In this document: positions 55,270 to 64,000 of the stretch, piece by piece | Numbering within the stretch: the first letter of the stretch is position 1 | Layout: every line of letters starts with the position of its first letter | Assembly: GCA_963843845.1 (NCBI GenBank) | Contig: CAWJMB010000002.1 | Coordinates: 3,232,001 to 3,296,000 of the forward strand | Direction: 5' to 3' | Origin: an uncultured Gemmatimonadaceae bacterium | Lineage (GTDB): Bacteria > Gemmatimonadota > Gemmatimonadetes > Gemmatimonadales > Gemmatimonadaceae | Length of the DNA: 64,000 nucleotides | Notes under the pieces: generated by a model | Told to the model about the DNA's origin: nothing | The model's database searches: none | What the model saw: the letters and a program-made list of their open reading frames with translations, nothing else | Translations under genes and position numbers: made by a program

Positions 55270-55875
55270 ATGTCCGACGCGCACGCTCCCGCCCCGTCCC
55301 CCGACGGCGCCGCGCCACCGCCGAGCAAGCTCAAGCAGATGCTCCCCGTCGTCCTCGCCCTCGTCGCCGGCCTCGGAGCCGGCGGGGGGACGGGCAAGTT
55401 CGTCGTCGGGCCCGCGCTGGCGAGCGGCATCGCGCCGAGTGGCCGGGGGGCCGGCCACGCCACCGCGTCCGACGCGGACGGCGACGAGGCGGCCGCGGAC
55501 GACGAGGCGAGCGCGGCCGACGAGGAAGGCGGCGACGACCATTCGGGTGGCAAGGATGGTGAGAGCTCCGCGGCCGCCGCGCACACGCTCGACAACATCG
55601 TCCTGAACCCGGCGGAGTCGGGCGGCGGTCGCTTCCTGCTGCTCTCGATCACCTTCCAGAGCCCGGACGCCGCGGTGCTCGACGCGTTGAAGGCGCGCGA
55701 CGCCGAGCTGCGCGACGTGGTGCTCGTGACGTTGGGCGCGAAGACCGTCGAGCAGCTCGCCGACATGCGCACGCGCGAGGGGATCAAGAGCGACCTCGTC
55801 GCCGCGACGCGCAAGCTGCTGCGGAAGAAGAAGGCGAAGCTGCACGTCTTCTTCCCGCAGTTCGTCATTCAGTAG
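55270..55875 (+). CDS. fliL: Basal body protein FliL
   Basis: Single TM; IVLNP, LRDVVL, FFPQFVIQ. Confidence 0.9.
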   Translation: MSDAHAPAPSPDGAAPPPSKLKQMLPVVLALVAGLGAGGGTGKFVVGPALASGIAPSGRGAGHATASDADGDEAAADDEASAADEEGGDDHSGGKDGESSAAAAHTLDNIVLNPAESGGGRFLLLSITFQSPDAAVLDALKARDAELRDVVLVTLGAKTVEQLADMRTREGIKSDLVAATRKLLRKKKAKLHVFFPQFVIQ

Positions 55876-55884
55876 CCGCGATCG

Positions 55885-56856
55885 ATGACGTCCGACGGGC
55901 TCGACGCGCTGCTCGACCACGACGCGCCCCGCGGGGGGAGCGCCGGGGCGACGCTCTACGACTTCCGGCGCCCGCACCGCGTCTCGAAGGAGCGGCTGCG
56001 CACGCTCGAGGCGATGTACGAGCGCATGGTGAAGGCGCTCGAAGGGTGGCTGATCGGCCGCGTGCGCGAGCAGATCGAGATGCGCCTGCAGAGCGTCGAG
56101 CAGTTCAGCTTCGGCGAGTTCACGCTGTCGCTGCCGACGCCGTGCGCCGCGTTCATCTTCGACATCGAGAACACCGGCGGCGCGCAGGGCGTCATCGAGG
56201 TCGGCGCCGAGTTCGCGTTCTTCACGATCGACCGCTTCTTCGGCGGCGGCAGCGCGCCGTCGGTGCCGGACCGATCGCTGTCGCCCGTCGAGCGGATGAC
56301 GGTGCGCACGGTCGCGGAGCGCGTCACGCAGGGACTCGAGGAGATCTGGCAGGACCACGTGCCGATGGAGCTGACGATCACCGGCTTCGAGTCGTCGCCC
56401 GAGATCCTGCAGATCGCGAACCGCGAGGACCCGGTCCTCGTCGCGAACGTCGAGGTCAGCGCCGGCGGGGTGAGCAGCCTGCTCCTCATCTGCCTGCCGT
56501 TCGCCGTGCTCGAGAAGTTCTTCCAGGCCAGCGGTACCAAGCGCGCCGGCAGCGCGACCGGCACCGACGACGAGCGCGCGGACGCGCGGCAGCGCACCGA
56601 GTCGGCGCTGCGCGCCACCCCCGTCGCCATCTCGGCGCGGCTGCCGCAGATCAAGCTGTCGCTCCGCGAGCTCGCGCAGCTCGCCCCCGGCCACCTGCTG
56701 ACGACGAGCATCCCGCGCGACAGCGAGCTCTCGGTGCTCATCGGCGGCCGCCCCCGCTTCCGGGCGAGCGCCGGCCGCGTCGGTCACAAGCTCGCCGTCC
56801 GACTGCTCGACTCGATCGCTCCGCCCGACACTCTCGACACCGCCGAAGGGCACTAG
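55885..56856 (+). CDS. fliM: Motor switch protein FliM
   Basis: YDFRRPHRVSKE, DRFFGG, LSPVE, ICLP. Confidence 0.95.
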   Translation: MTSDGLDALLDHDAPRGGSAGATLYDFRRPHRVSKERLRTLEAMYERMVKALEGWLIGRVREQIEMRLQSVEQFSFGEFTLSLPTPCAAFIFDIENTGGAQGVIEVGAEFAFFTIDRFFGGGSAPSVPDRSLSPVERMTVRTVAERVTQGLEEIWQDHVPMELTITGFESSPEILQIANREDPVLVANVEVSAGGVSSLLLICLPFAVLEKFFQASGTKRAGSATGTDDERADARQRTESALRATPVAISARLPQIKLSLRELAQLAPGHLLTTSIPRDSELSVLIGGRPRFRASAGRVGHKLAVRLLDSIAPPDTLDTAEGH

Positions 56857-56869
56857 AGGACACCGACGA

Positions 56870-57259
56870 ATGAATCCCGCCGAGATCGATGCGCTCGTGG
56901 CGAGCGTGCAGGCCGCGAAGGGGCCGCAGCAGCGTGACGACGCCGACGCCTACGCCGGCCAGGACCTGAGCGACCTCGGGAGCGCGCTCGCGCTGCACAG
57001 CGAGGTGCCGTTAGGCATGCTGCTCGACCTGTCGCTCCCCGTCTCGATCGAGCTGGGGCGTACGAGCATGACGGTGCAGGAGATCCTGCGGCTCGGCCGC
57101 GGCGCCGTGATCCAGCTCGACCGGCTCGCCGGCGAGCCGATCGACATCTACGTCGGCGAGCGGAAGTTCGCCGAGGGCGAGGTCGTCGTCGTCGGCGAGC
57201 ACTTCGGGGTGCGCATCAGCCGCATCTTCGGCGCGGCGCCGATCGCGATCGCCGCCTGA
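56870..57259 (+). CDS. fliN: Motor switch protein FliN
   Basis: VSIELGRT, LDRLAGEP, AEGEVVVV, FGVRI. Confidence 0.96.
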   Translation: MNPAEIDALVASVQAAKGPQQRDDADAYAGQDLSDLGSALALHSEVPLGMLLDLSLPVSIELGRTSMTVQEILRLGRGAVIQLDRLAGEPIDIYVGERKFAEGEVVVVGEHFGVRISRIFGAAPIAIAA

Positions 57260-57301
57260 CGGGCGCCCACCGGTCCGACCGCCTCACGCTCCCGACTCCT
57301 C

Positions 57302-58737
57302 ATGCCGCTCAGTGCCACCTTCGGCGTCTTCGCCGCCCTCGGCGTGGTGCTCGCGCTGCTGCTCGTCGTGCTGCGCGTGCTGAAGCGCTTCTCGCCGACG
57401 TTAGGCGGGTCGCGGAACCGTCTCCCGATGGAAGTCGTGCAGCGCATGCCGTTAGGCCCGAAGCACACGATCGCCGTCGTCCGCGTCGGTGAGCGCGTGC
57501 TGACGGTGGCGGTCGGCGAGCACGGCGTGCAGACGCTCGCCGAGCTCGAGGGACGCGACCGCGACGCGGTGCTCGCGTCGACGACGATGGTCATGCCGGC
57601 GACGACGGTGGCGATCCCGCCCGCGGCGACGACGGCGCAGACGGTGCCGGCGGCGCAGACGGTGCCGGCGGCGCAGACGGTGCCGGCGGCGCTCTCGCGT
57701 GCCGTCTCGGCGCCGGGCGTCGACGCGTTCCGCGCGATGCTGGGCATGGCGCTGTCGTCGGCGACCCGGCTCGCGGTCGTCGCGGTGCTCGCCGGCGCGG
57801 TCGCGCTCTCCTCCGCCTCCGCGCAGCCGGCCTCCGCGCAGCCGGCCTCCGCGCAGCCGGCCTCCGCGCAGCCGGCCTCCGCGCAGCCGGCCTCCGGCGG
57901 TCGCAGCCGGCCTCCGCGCAGCCGGCCCGCTCGACCGTCGGTCGCAACACGCAGGCGCCGACGCTCGCCGGCGGGAGGACGGGCGCCGCGCCGACGGCGC
58001 CGGGGGCGACGGCGCCGGCCCCCGCGGCCGGCACCGATGCCATGGTCGCCCGCCTCGCGCCGCAGCTCGACCTGCGGGTGGGCGGCGGCGGCGGCGACGG
58101 CATCCGGCTGAGCGGGACGGTCGGCATCGTCATCATGATGGGGCTGCTCACCCTGCTCCCGACGCTCGTCCTCATGATGACCGGCTTCACGCGCATCCTC
58201 ATCGTGCTGCACTTCGTGAAGCAGGCGATCGGCACGCAGACGGCGCCGCCGAACCACCTGGTGGCGGGGCTGGCGATGCTGCTGACGGGGTTCGTCATGG
58301 CCCCGACGGTGCGCGCCGCGAACGACGCCGCGATCCAGCCCTGGCTGGCCGGCCGGATGGAGCAGGTCGAGATGCTGAAGACCGGCGTGCAGCCGTTCCG
58401 CGCGTTCATGCTGCAGCAGACGCGGCAGAGCGATCTCAAGACGTTCGTCGACATGAGCCGCCCGGCGGTGCCGCCGAAGAGCGTCGACGACGTGCCGCTC
58501 GTCGTCGTGATGTCGGCGTTCGTGACGAGCGAGCTGCGGACGGCCTTCCAGATCGGCTTCGCGCTCTTCCTGCCGTTCATCATCATCGACCTCGTCGTCT
58601 CGTCGGTGCTCATGAGCATGGGGATGATGATGCTGCCGCCGGCGATGATCGCGCTGCCGTGCAAGCTGCTGCTCTTCGTGCTCGTCGACGGATGGTCGCT
58701 CATCGTGCAGGGGCTGGTGCAGAGCTTCAAGCACTGA
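57302..58737 (+). CDS. fliP: FliO-FliP fusion (frameshift in repeat at 57890-57909)
   Basis: FliO domain (MPLGPKHTIAVVRVG) runs without a stop into a signal-like segment and ASAQP repeats; FliP (MTGFTRI, TSELRTAFQIG, MGMMMLPP, VDGW) is in the next frame. Confidence 0.85.
57815..57924 (+). repeat. 15-bp coding tandem repeat (ASAQP) with one 20-nt aberrant unit
   Basis: gcctccgcgcagccg x5, aberrant unit, then one more copy. Confidence 0.9.
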
Positions 58738-58828
58738 GCGCGACGCGGACGGATGGCACCTCGCGCACGGGCTCGGGTATTCACCAGGCTGTGGTCTCGC
58801 TTCTCCCCGTCGCCGCGAACCGACTTCC

Positions 58829-60103
58829 ATGCCGCGTCCCCGCTCGCCGCGTTCTCTCGCGCCCGCGCTCACCGTCGGCGCGATCGCCGCTGCCTCGCTG
58901 CTCGCCGCCTGTAGCGACAAGGATCCGACGTCCCCGGTCGTCACGCCCGGCCCCAGCACCGTGGGGCGCATCACCGTCGCGCAGTACATGGACTCCGCGC
59001 TGACGCTGATGCAGACCTGGTCGATCAAGCAGCAGACCAACTGGACGACGTTCCGCGCGCGCTGGAAGGCGTCGGCGGCGGGGAAGACGACCTACGCGCA
59101 GCTGTACCCGGTCATCGACAGCGCGCTCACGGCACTCGACCCGCACAGCAGCATCTCGCCGCCCGACCAGCTGCCGGGAACGACCGACGCGCCGACGAAC
59201 CGTCCGGATCTCCAGGTCCAGTCGCGCCTCTTCGACTCGGCGTCGACGCGGCGGGTCGGCTACCTCTGGGTCCCCGGCTTCATCGGCACGAACCAGTCGG
59301 GGCGCATCGACACGACGCACGCCGCGCTCCGCGCGCTCGACGCGCAGAACCCGTGCGGATGGATCGTCGACCTCCGCACGAACAACGGCGGCTTCTTCTT
59401 CGCGCTCATGGCGAGCGTCGGGCCGCTCTACTCGAACAACGCGGCCGGCGACGGCCTCGTCGGCGGCCAGCAGTTTCCCGGCAACTACCAGATCCTCTGG
59501 TACTACAAGCAGCGCGGCGCGCGCGACGTGTTCGGCATCCGCGACACGCGCGATTCGGCCGAGCTGGCGGTGAACAATCCGTGGCGGCCGCGGCGCCCCG
59601 GCCTGCCGGTCGCGGTGCTGCACAGCACGGCGCGCAACGCGGCCGGCCAGCTCACCTCGATCACGGCCAGCTCCGGCGAGTCGATCACGCTCGCGTTCCG
59701 CGGCGGCCCGCCGACGCGCTCGTTCGGCAACCCGACCTACGGCGTCGCCAGCGGCCGCGACCCGTTCATGATGCCCGACTCGGCGCGCATCGACATCACG
59801 AGCTCGTACATGTTCGACCGCAACCGCTACATGCCGGGCGACTTCCCGATCCCGCCCGACACGACGATCGCGAGCCCCTCACCGATCCGCATCGGCGACG
59901 CGGCCGACCCGGTCATCGCGGCGGCGACGGCGTGGGTGCAGCGGCAGGCGGCGTGTACGGGAACGGCAGTGCAGACGGACGGGATTCCGGCGCCGAGGAT
60001 GCAGCTCGTCCCGACGGGGACGGCAGGCGAGGGGCCGTCGCGGCTGCCGAGCGTGCGGAGTGTGTATCGGCGGGCCGGACTCGCTCCCGCGGGGCGGGAC
60101 TAG
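58829..60103 (+). CDS. S41 family peptidase lipoprotein
   Basis: LLAAC; LDPHS, IVDLRTNNGG, TASSGE, FGNPTYG, IPPD. Confidence 0.85.
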   Translation: MPRPRSPRSLAPALTVGAIAAASLLAACSDKDPTSPVVTPGPSTVGRITVAQYMDSALTLMQTWSIKQQTNWTTFRARWKASAAGKTTYAQLYPVIDSALTALDPHSSISPPDQLPGTTDAPTNRPDLQVQSRLFDSASTRRVGYLWVPGFIGTNQSGRIDTTHAALRALDAQNPCGWIVDLRTNNGGFFFALMASVGPLYSNNAAGDGLVGGQQFPGNYQILWYYKQRGARDVFGIRDTRDSAELAVNNPWRPRRPGLPVAVLHSTARNAAGQLTSITASSGESITLAFRGGPPTRSFGNPTYGVASGRDPFMMPDSARIDITSSYMFDRNRYMPGDFPIPPDTTIASPSPIRIGDAADPVIAAATAWVQRQAACTGTAVQTDGIPAPRMQLVPTGTAGEGPSRLPSVRSVYRRAGLAPAGRD

Positions 60104-60141
60104 CCTACTCGACGGCGGGGCGACCCGCCGTCGGACGCACC

Positions 60142-60936
60142 TCACAGCCCTTCGGCCAGCGCGAACGCCTCGCACAGGCCGCCAGCGTCGACATCCGCCA
60201 CGACGCGCCACGCCACCGCCCGCGCCTCCGGCTCCGCGTTCCCCATGGCGACCGGATAGCCGACCGCCTGCATCGCCGGTACGTCGTTCCCGCCGTCGCC
60301 GACCATCATCACCCGGCCGAGCGGAACGCCGTACGCCTCGGCCACGAGCCGCACCGCGAGCCCCTTGTCGACCCCCTCGGCGGTGATGTTCACGAACGTC
60401 GTGTCGGGCATCACCGGCGACACGGACGGCGCGTAGTTCAACCCGAAGTGCGGCTCGGCGACCACCAGGTCGACCTCCTCCTTGCCGAGCAGCCACTGCG
60501 CCCGCACGACCGACCCGGCGAGCGCGTCGAACGGGCGCGCCACGAACGGCGCGCCCAACAGCGTGGCGTGCTGCCGCGTGCGCGGCGTGTCCTCGGCGAC
60601 GGCGTACTCGTGGTCCGTGTAGAGCTCGAGGATGCGCCCCGTCTCGCGCGCCCGCGTCGTGAGCCAGTCCACGCGGTCGGGCGGCAGCCCGCGCGAGCGC
60701 GTCGCGCCGGTCGGGAGGTGCACGACGCTCGCGCCGTTCTGGAAGACGTGCCACCCGTCCGGATCGAGTCGCTCCGCGTACTCGCGCGCCTTCGCGAACC
60801 CGGGGCGCCCGGAGCAGAGCACGAGGTGCGCGCCCTGCGCGCGGAGCGCGTCGGCCGCGTCCCAGACCTCGGGACGAACGTCGTTGGTCGTGCCGACGAG
60901 CGTTCCATCGACGTCGACGAAGATCAGTGGAAGCAT
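60142..60936 (-). CDS. Cof-type HAD-IIB hydrolase
   Basis: DVDGT, CSGR, QNGA, VDKG, GDGGND, AMGNA. Confidence 0.95.
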   Translation of the reverse strand: MLPLIFVDVDGTLVGTTNDVRPEVWDAADALRAQGAHLVLCSGRPGFAKAREYAERLDPDGWHVFQNGASVVHLPTGATRSRGLPPDRVDWLTTRARETGRILELYTDHEYAVAEDTPRTRQHATLLGAPFVARPFDALAGSVVRAQWLLGKEEVDLVVAEPHFGLNYAPSVSPVMPDTTFVNITAEGVDKGLAVRLVAEAYGVPLGRVMMVGDGGNDVPAMQAVGYPVAMGNAEPEARAVAWRVVADVDAGGLCEAFALAEGL

Positions 60937-60938
60937 GA

Positions 60939-61087
60939 CGGCAATTTACGCCGTCCCCGAGCCGGCAGTTCTTTCCCGGCGGCAACCGCGCGGCGAGGTC
61001 CGTCCGCGCGTACGCATAGCCTAAGCCCTTGCGGGGCCTGTGGTTACCACGACAGCGCCGACGCCGGTCCGGTGGCACCGGCCCTGC
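60939..61087 (+). promoter_or_regulatory. fliQ promoter: paired boxes, 27-bp box, sigma54 site
   Basis: 60939-60953, 60963-60977; 61021-61047; tGGcaccggccctGC 61073-61087. Confidence 0.7.
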
Positions 61088-61123
61088 CTTCCCCGGTGGT
61101 GCATCTCCCCTCCCGCCCCGGCC

Positions 61124-61394
61124 GTGTCTCACCAGCTCATCGTCGATCTCGCGCGCAACGCGCTGATGCTCGCCCTCCTCGTCGCCGGCCCGATGCTCGT
61201 CGTCGCGCTCGGCGTCGGGCTCGTCGTCAGCGTCGTGCAGGCGGTGACGCAGATCCAGGAGCAGACGCTCTCGTTCGTGCCGAAGCTCATCGCCGTCGGC
61301 GGCGACGTTCCTGGTCGCGCTGCCGTGGATCCTGCAGCTCCTCATCAAGTACACGACCGAGCTGTTTCGCAGCCTGCCGAGTCTCGCCGCGTAG
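61124..61394 (+). CDS. fliQ: Export apparatus FliQ (frameshift near 61300)
   Basis: QAVTQIQEQTLSFVPKL; C-terminus LPWILQLLIKYTTELF in another frame. Confidence 0.93.
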
Positions 61395-61397
61395 TTC

Positions 61398-62183
61398 GTG
61401 GGACTCGACCTCTTCGCCCCCGGGATCGCCCCGACGCTCGTGCTCCTCGCCCTGCGGATCGGGGGGCTCGTGCTCGTCGCGCCGGTGTTCTCGGCGAAGA
61501 CGGTCCCGGTGCGCGTGCGCACCGCCCTCCTGCTCGTGCTGACGCTGGTGCTCGCGCCGATGGCGACGGCGGCGGCGAGCGGCCGTGCGGCGCCACCCGC
61601 CGTCACCCCCGCGACGTTCCTCACCGAGACGCTCATCGGCTTCGCGATCGGCTTCGGCGCCGCGGTCCTCGTCGGCGCGACGGAGACGGCGGGTGACCTC
61701 ATGTCGACGTCGATCGGCGTGTCCGGCGCCGCGCTGCTCGACCCGCTGAACGGCGCGTCGTCGACGGCGCTCGCACAGTTCGGACAGCTGTTCGCCGTCA
61801 CCGTGCTGCTCGCCGTGAATGGGCACCTCGTCATGCTCGACGCGCTCGCCGCGAGCGTGCAGGCGCTCCCGGTCGGATCGCCGATCGACGTCGAGGCGGG
61901 GCTCCGGACGCTGATCGGTCAGGGCGCCACGCTGTTCGTGCTCGGCCTTCGCTTCGCGGCGCCGGTCATCGCGGTCGGGATGATCGGCAACGTGGCGCTG
62001 GCAGTGCTCGCGCGCGTCGCGCCGCAGCTCAACGTCATCACCGTCGCGTTCCCGCTGCAGATCGCGCTCGGCATCGGCGCCCTCGTCGCGTCGATCGGCT
62101 TCATCGCGACCTGGATGACCGGGTGGGGCACGTCGCTGGCCGCGCAGCTCGAGCAGGTCTTCCGTGCGATGGTCGTGCGATGA
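61398..62183 (+). CDS. fliR: Export apparatus FliR
   Basis: APVFS, AGDLMS, NGHL, RVAPQLNV, FPLQI. Confidence 0.95.
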   Translation: MGLDLFAPGIAPTLVLLALRIGGLVLVAPVFSAKTVPVRVRTALLLVLTLVLAPMATAAASGRAAPPAVTPATFLTETLIGFAIGFGAAVLVGATETAGDLMSTSIGVSGAALLDPLNGASSTALAQFGQLFAVTVLLAVNGHLVMLDALAASVQALPVGSPIDVEAGLRTLIGQGATLFVLGLRFAAPVIAVGMIGNVALAVLARVAPQLNVITVAFPLQIALGIGALVASIGFIATWMTGWGTSLAAQLEQVFRAMVVR

Positions 62184-62208
62184 GCCGCGGCGATGACCGA
62201 TTCCGACT

Positions 62209-62332
62209 CGGCACGAATTGCCGGCCGGCACGGAACGCGGCGGCGCGCAGGCCGGTCGCGCGCGGCTAACCTCTTGCACGGCAACGTTTTCGCTCGGCTG
62301 CTGGTGACCCGTCGGTCCGGCACCGGCCCTGC
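62209..62332 (+). promoter_or_regulatory. flhB promoter: palindromic box, 27-bp box, sigma54 site
   Basis: cggcacgaattgccg 62209-62223; 62266-62292; cGGcaccggccctGC 62318-62332. Confidence 0.65.
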
Positions 62333-62364
62333 CCTTCCCGTCTCCGCACCTGCCAGCGAACCCC

Positions 62365-63440
62365 ATGGCCGAGTCCGGACAGGAGAAAACTGAAGCCCCC
62401 ACGCAACGCCGCCGCGACGAAGCCGCGCGCGACGGACGCGTGCCGCGCAGCCAGGAGCTGACCGCGGCCGTACTGCTGCTCACGTCCGGCGTCGCACTGA
62501 ACGCCACGGGGCCCGCACTCGCCGCCGCACTCCGCGACATCCTCGGCACGGGGCTCGGCGTCGCCGGGTCCACGACGCTCGAAGGGCCGGCCGCGGTCAC
62601 GCTGATCCAGCAGCTCGGGTGGAAGGCGTTAGGCGCGCTGGGCGCCTTCCTCGCCACGATGGTCGGCGCCTCGATCGCGATCGGCGCGGTGCAGGCGCGC
62701 GGCGTCGTCAGCATGAAGCCGGTCCTGCCGGACGTGAACCGGCTGAACCCGGCGAAGAACGTCGGACGCATCCTCGGCGTGCAGGGCGTCGTCGAGCTCG
62801 CGAAGTCGCTGCTCAAGCTCGCGATCGTCGAGCTGGGCGGTGTGGCGCGCGCTCGAGCCCGCGTGGCCGGCGATCATCGCGTTGGGCCAGCAGCCGCCGC
62901 GCGCCCTGCTCGACGTCGTGCGCACGCTACGGACTCGGCATCCTGCGCAACGCGGGGATGGCCTACCTCGCGCTCGCCGCCGCCGACTACGCGTGGCAGC
63001 TCTGGCAGCACGAGCAGGGGCTGCGCATGACGAAGGAAGAGGTCAAGCAGGAGTCGAAGAACAGCGACGGCGACCCGATGGTGAAGCAGCGCATGCGCGA
63101 GCGTCGCCCGCGCGCGCGCCCGCCAGCAGATGTTCAAGGACGTGCCGAAGGCGGACGTCGTGCTCGTGAACCCCGTGCACATCGCCGTCGCGCTGAAGTA
63201 CGACCCGAGCGTCGCCGCCGCCCCGTACGTCGTCGCCGTGGGCCGGCGCAAGGTCGCCGAGCGCATCAAGGCGCTCGCCTACGAGTCGGGCGTGCCCGTC
63301 GTCGAGAACGTTCCCGCTCGCCCGCGCGCTGATCGCCGCCGTGAAGGTCGGGCACGATGATTCCCACCGAGCTCTATCTCGCCGTGGCCGAAGTCCTCGC
63401 GTTCGTCATGCGGAAGCGTCAGCCGCCGTCGGTCGCGTGA
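62365..63440 (+). CDS. flhB: Export apparatus FlhB (several frameshifts)
   Basis: EKTEAPT, VPRSQEL, MTKEEVKQESKNSDGDP, VNPVHIAVALKY, ELYLAVAEVLAFV, spread over several frames. Confidence 0.93.
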
Positions 63441-63449
63441 GGCCGCCGC

Positions 63450-64000
63450 ATGACCGCTCGCCCGCCCCCGCCGTCGAAGGCGCGCGCGCCGAGATCGGGC
63501 ATGGCGGTCGCCGTCGTCGTCGTCGTCGCGCTGCTCGTCGTGCCGCTGCCGGCCGTGCTGCTCGACCTCTGCCTCGCGCTCGTCGATCGGCATGTCGCTC
63601 GTCGTGCTGCTCGTCGCGCTGCACACGACGAGACCCGCTCGAGTTCAGCTCGCTTCCCGGCGCTGCTGCTCATGCATGACGCTGTTCCGCCTCGCGCTGA
63701 ACGTCGTCGAGCACGCGGCTCATCCTGAGCGACGGGCGAGGCGGGCAAGGTCATCGAGGCGTTCGGCAAGTTCGTCATCGGCGGCAACTACGCCGTCGGC
63801 ATCGTCATCTTCCTGATCCTCGATCGGCATCAACTTCATCGTCATCACGAAGGGCGCCGGGCGCGTCGCCGAAGTCGCCGCGCGCTTCACGCTCGACGCG
63901 ATGCCCGGCAAGCAGATGGCGATCGACGCCGACCTCGGCGCCGGCCTCATCGACGAGAAGGAGGCGCGCGCGCGCCGCGAGGAGATCGCGCGGCACGGCC
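63450..64000 (+). CDS. flhA: Export apparatus FlhA, 3'-truncated, several frameshifts
   Basis: [62 protein letters not shown]. Confidence 0.95.

Noticed and set aside
60981..61048. Possible c-di-GMP-I riboswitch upstream of fliQ (ggcaacc...acgcatagc ctaag...ggttacc)
   Set aside because: Lacks the GNRA loop and full P3, lies upstream of the predicted sigma54 promoter, and is better explained as the shared 27-bp box; an Infernal/Rfam scan would settle it
62365..64000. flhB and flhA as pseudogenes
   Set aside because: Motifs are intact and the indel pattern fits sequencing error

Overview
Very GC-rich bacterial DNA, probably Gemmatimonadota (inferred from gene content, not checked). (1) 1-19663: one tightly coupled + strand operon. 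Wzy-type exopolysaccharide genes (co-polymerase, polymerase/ligase, GT2, tyrosine-pseudokinase-like protein, WecB/TagA GT) run directly into an NRPS (C-A-T-C-degenerate A-T), a hybrid A-T-KS-AT-ACP-aminotransferase and two alpha/beta hydrolases. A GH44 lipoprotein and a PEP-CTERM protein follow. (2) 23744-32711: late flagellar genes with sigma28 promoters and a sigma54 activator. (3) 32717-41940: accessory secreted/Tat proteins and peptidases. (4) 42125-64000: early flagellar operons, five with a shared enhancer/IHF-like/sigma54 promoter layout. Notable non-gene structure: five heptamer-built palindromic elements read in frame within the EPS/NRPS genes, TTA codons confined to GTTAGGC, a 38-bp inverted-repeat element upstream of fliC, and long perfect palindromes. 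Several frameshifts, dense near the right end, are probably sequencing errors. No rRNA, tRNA, CRISPR or transposase was seen.
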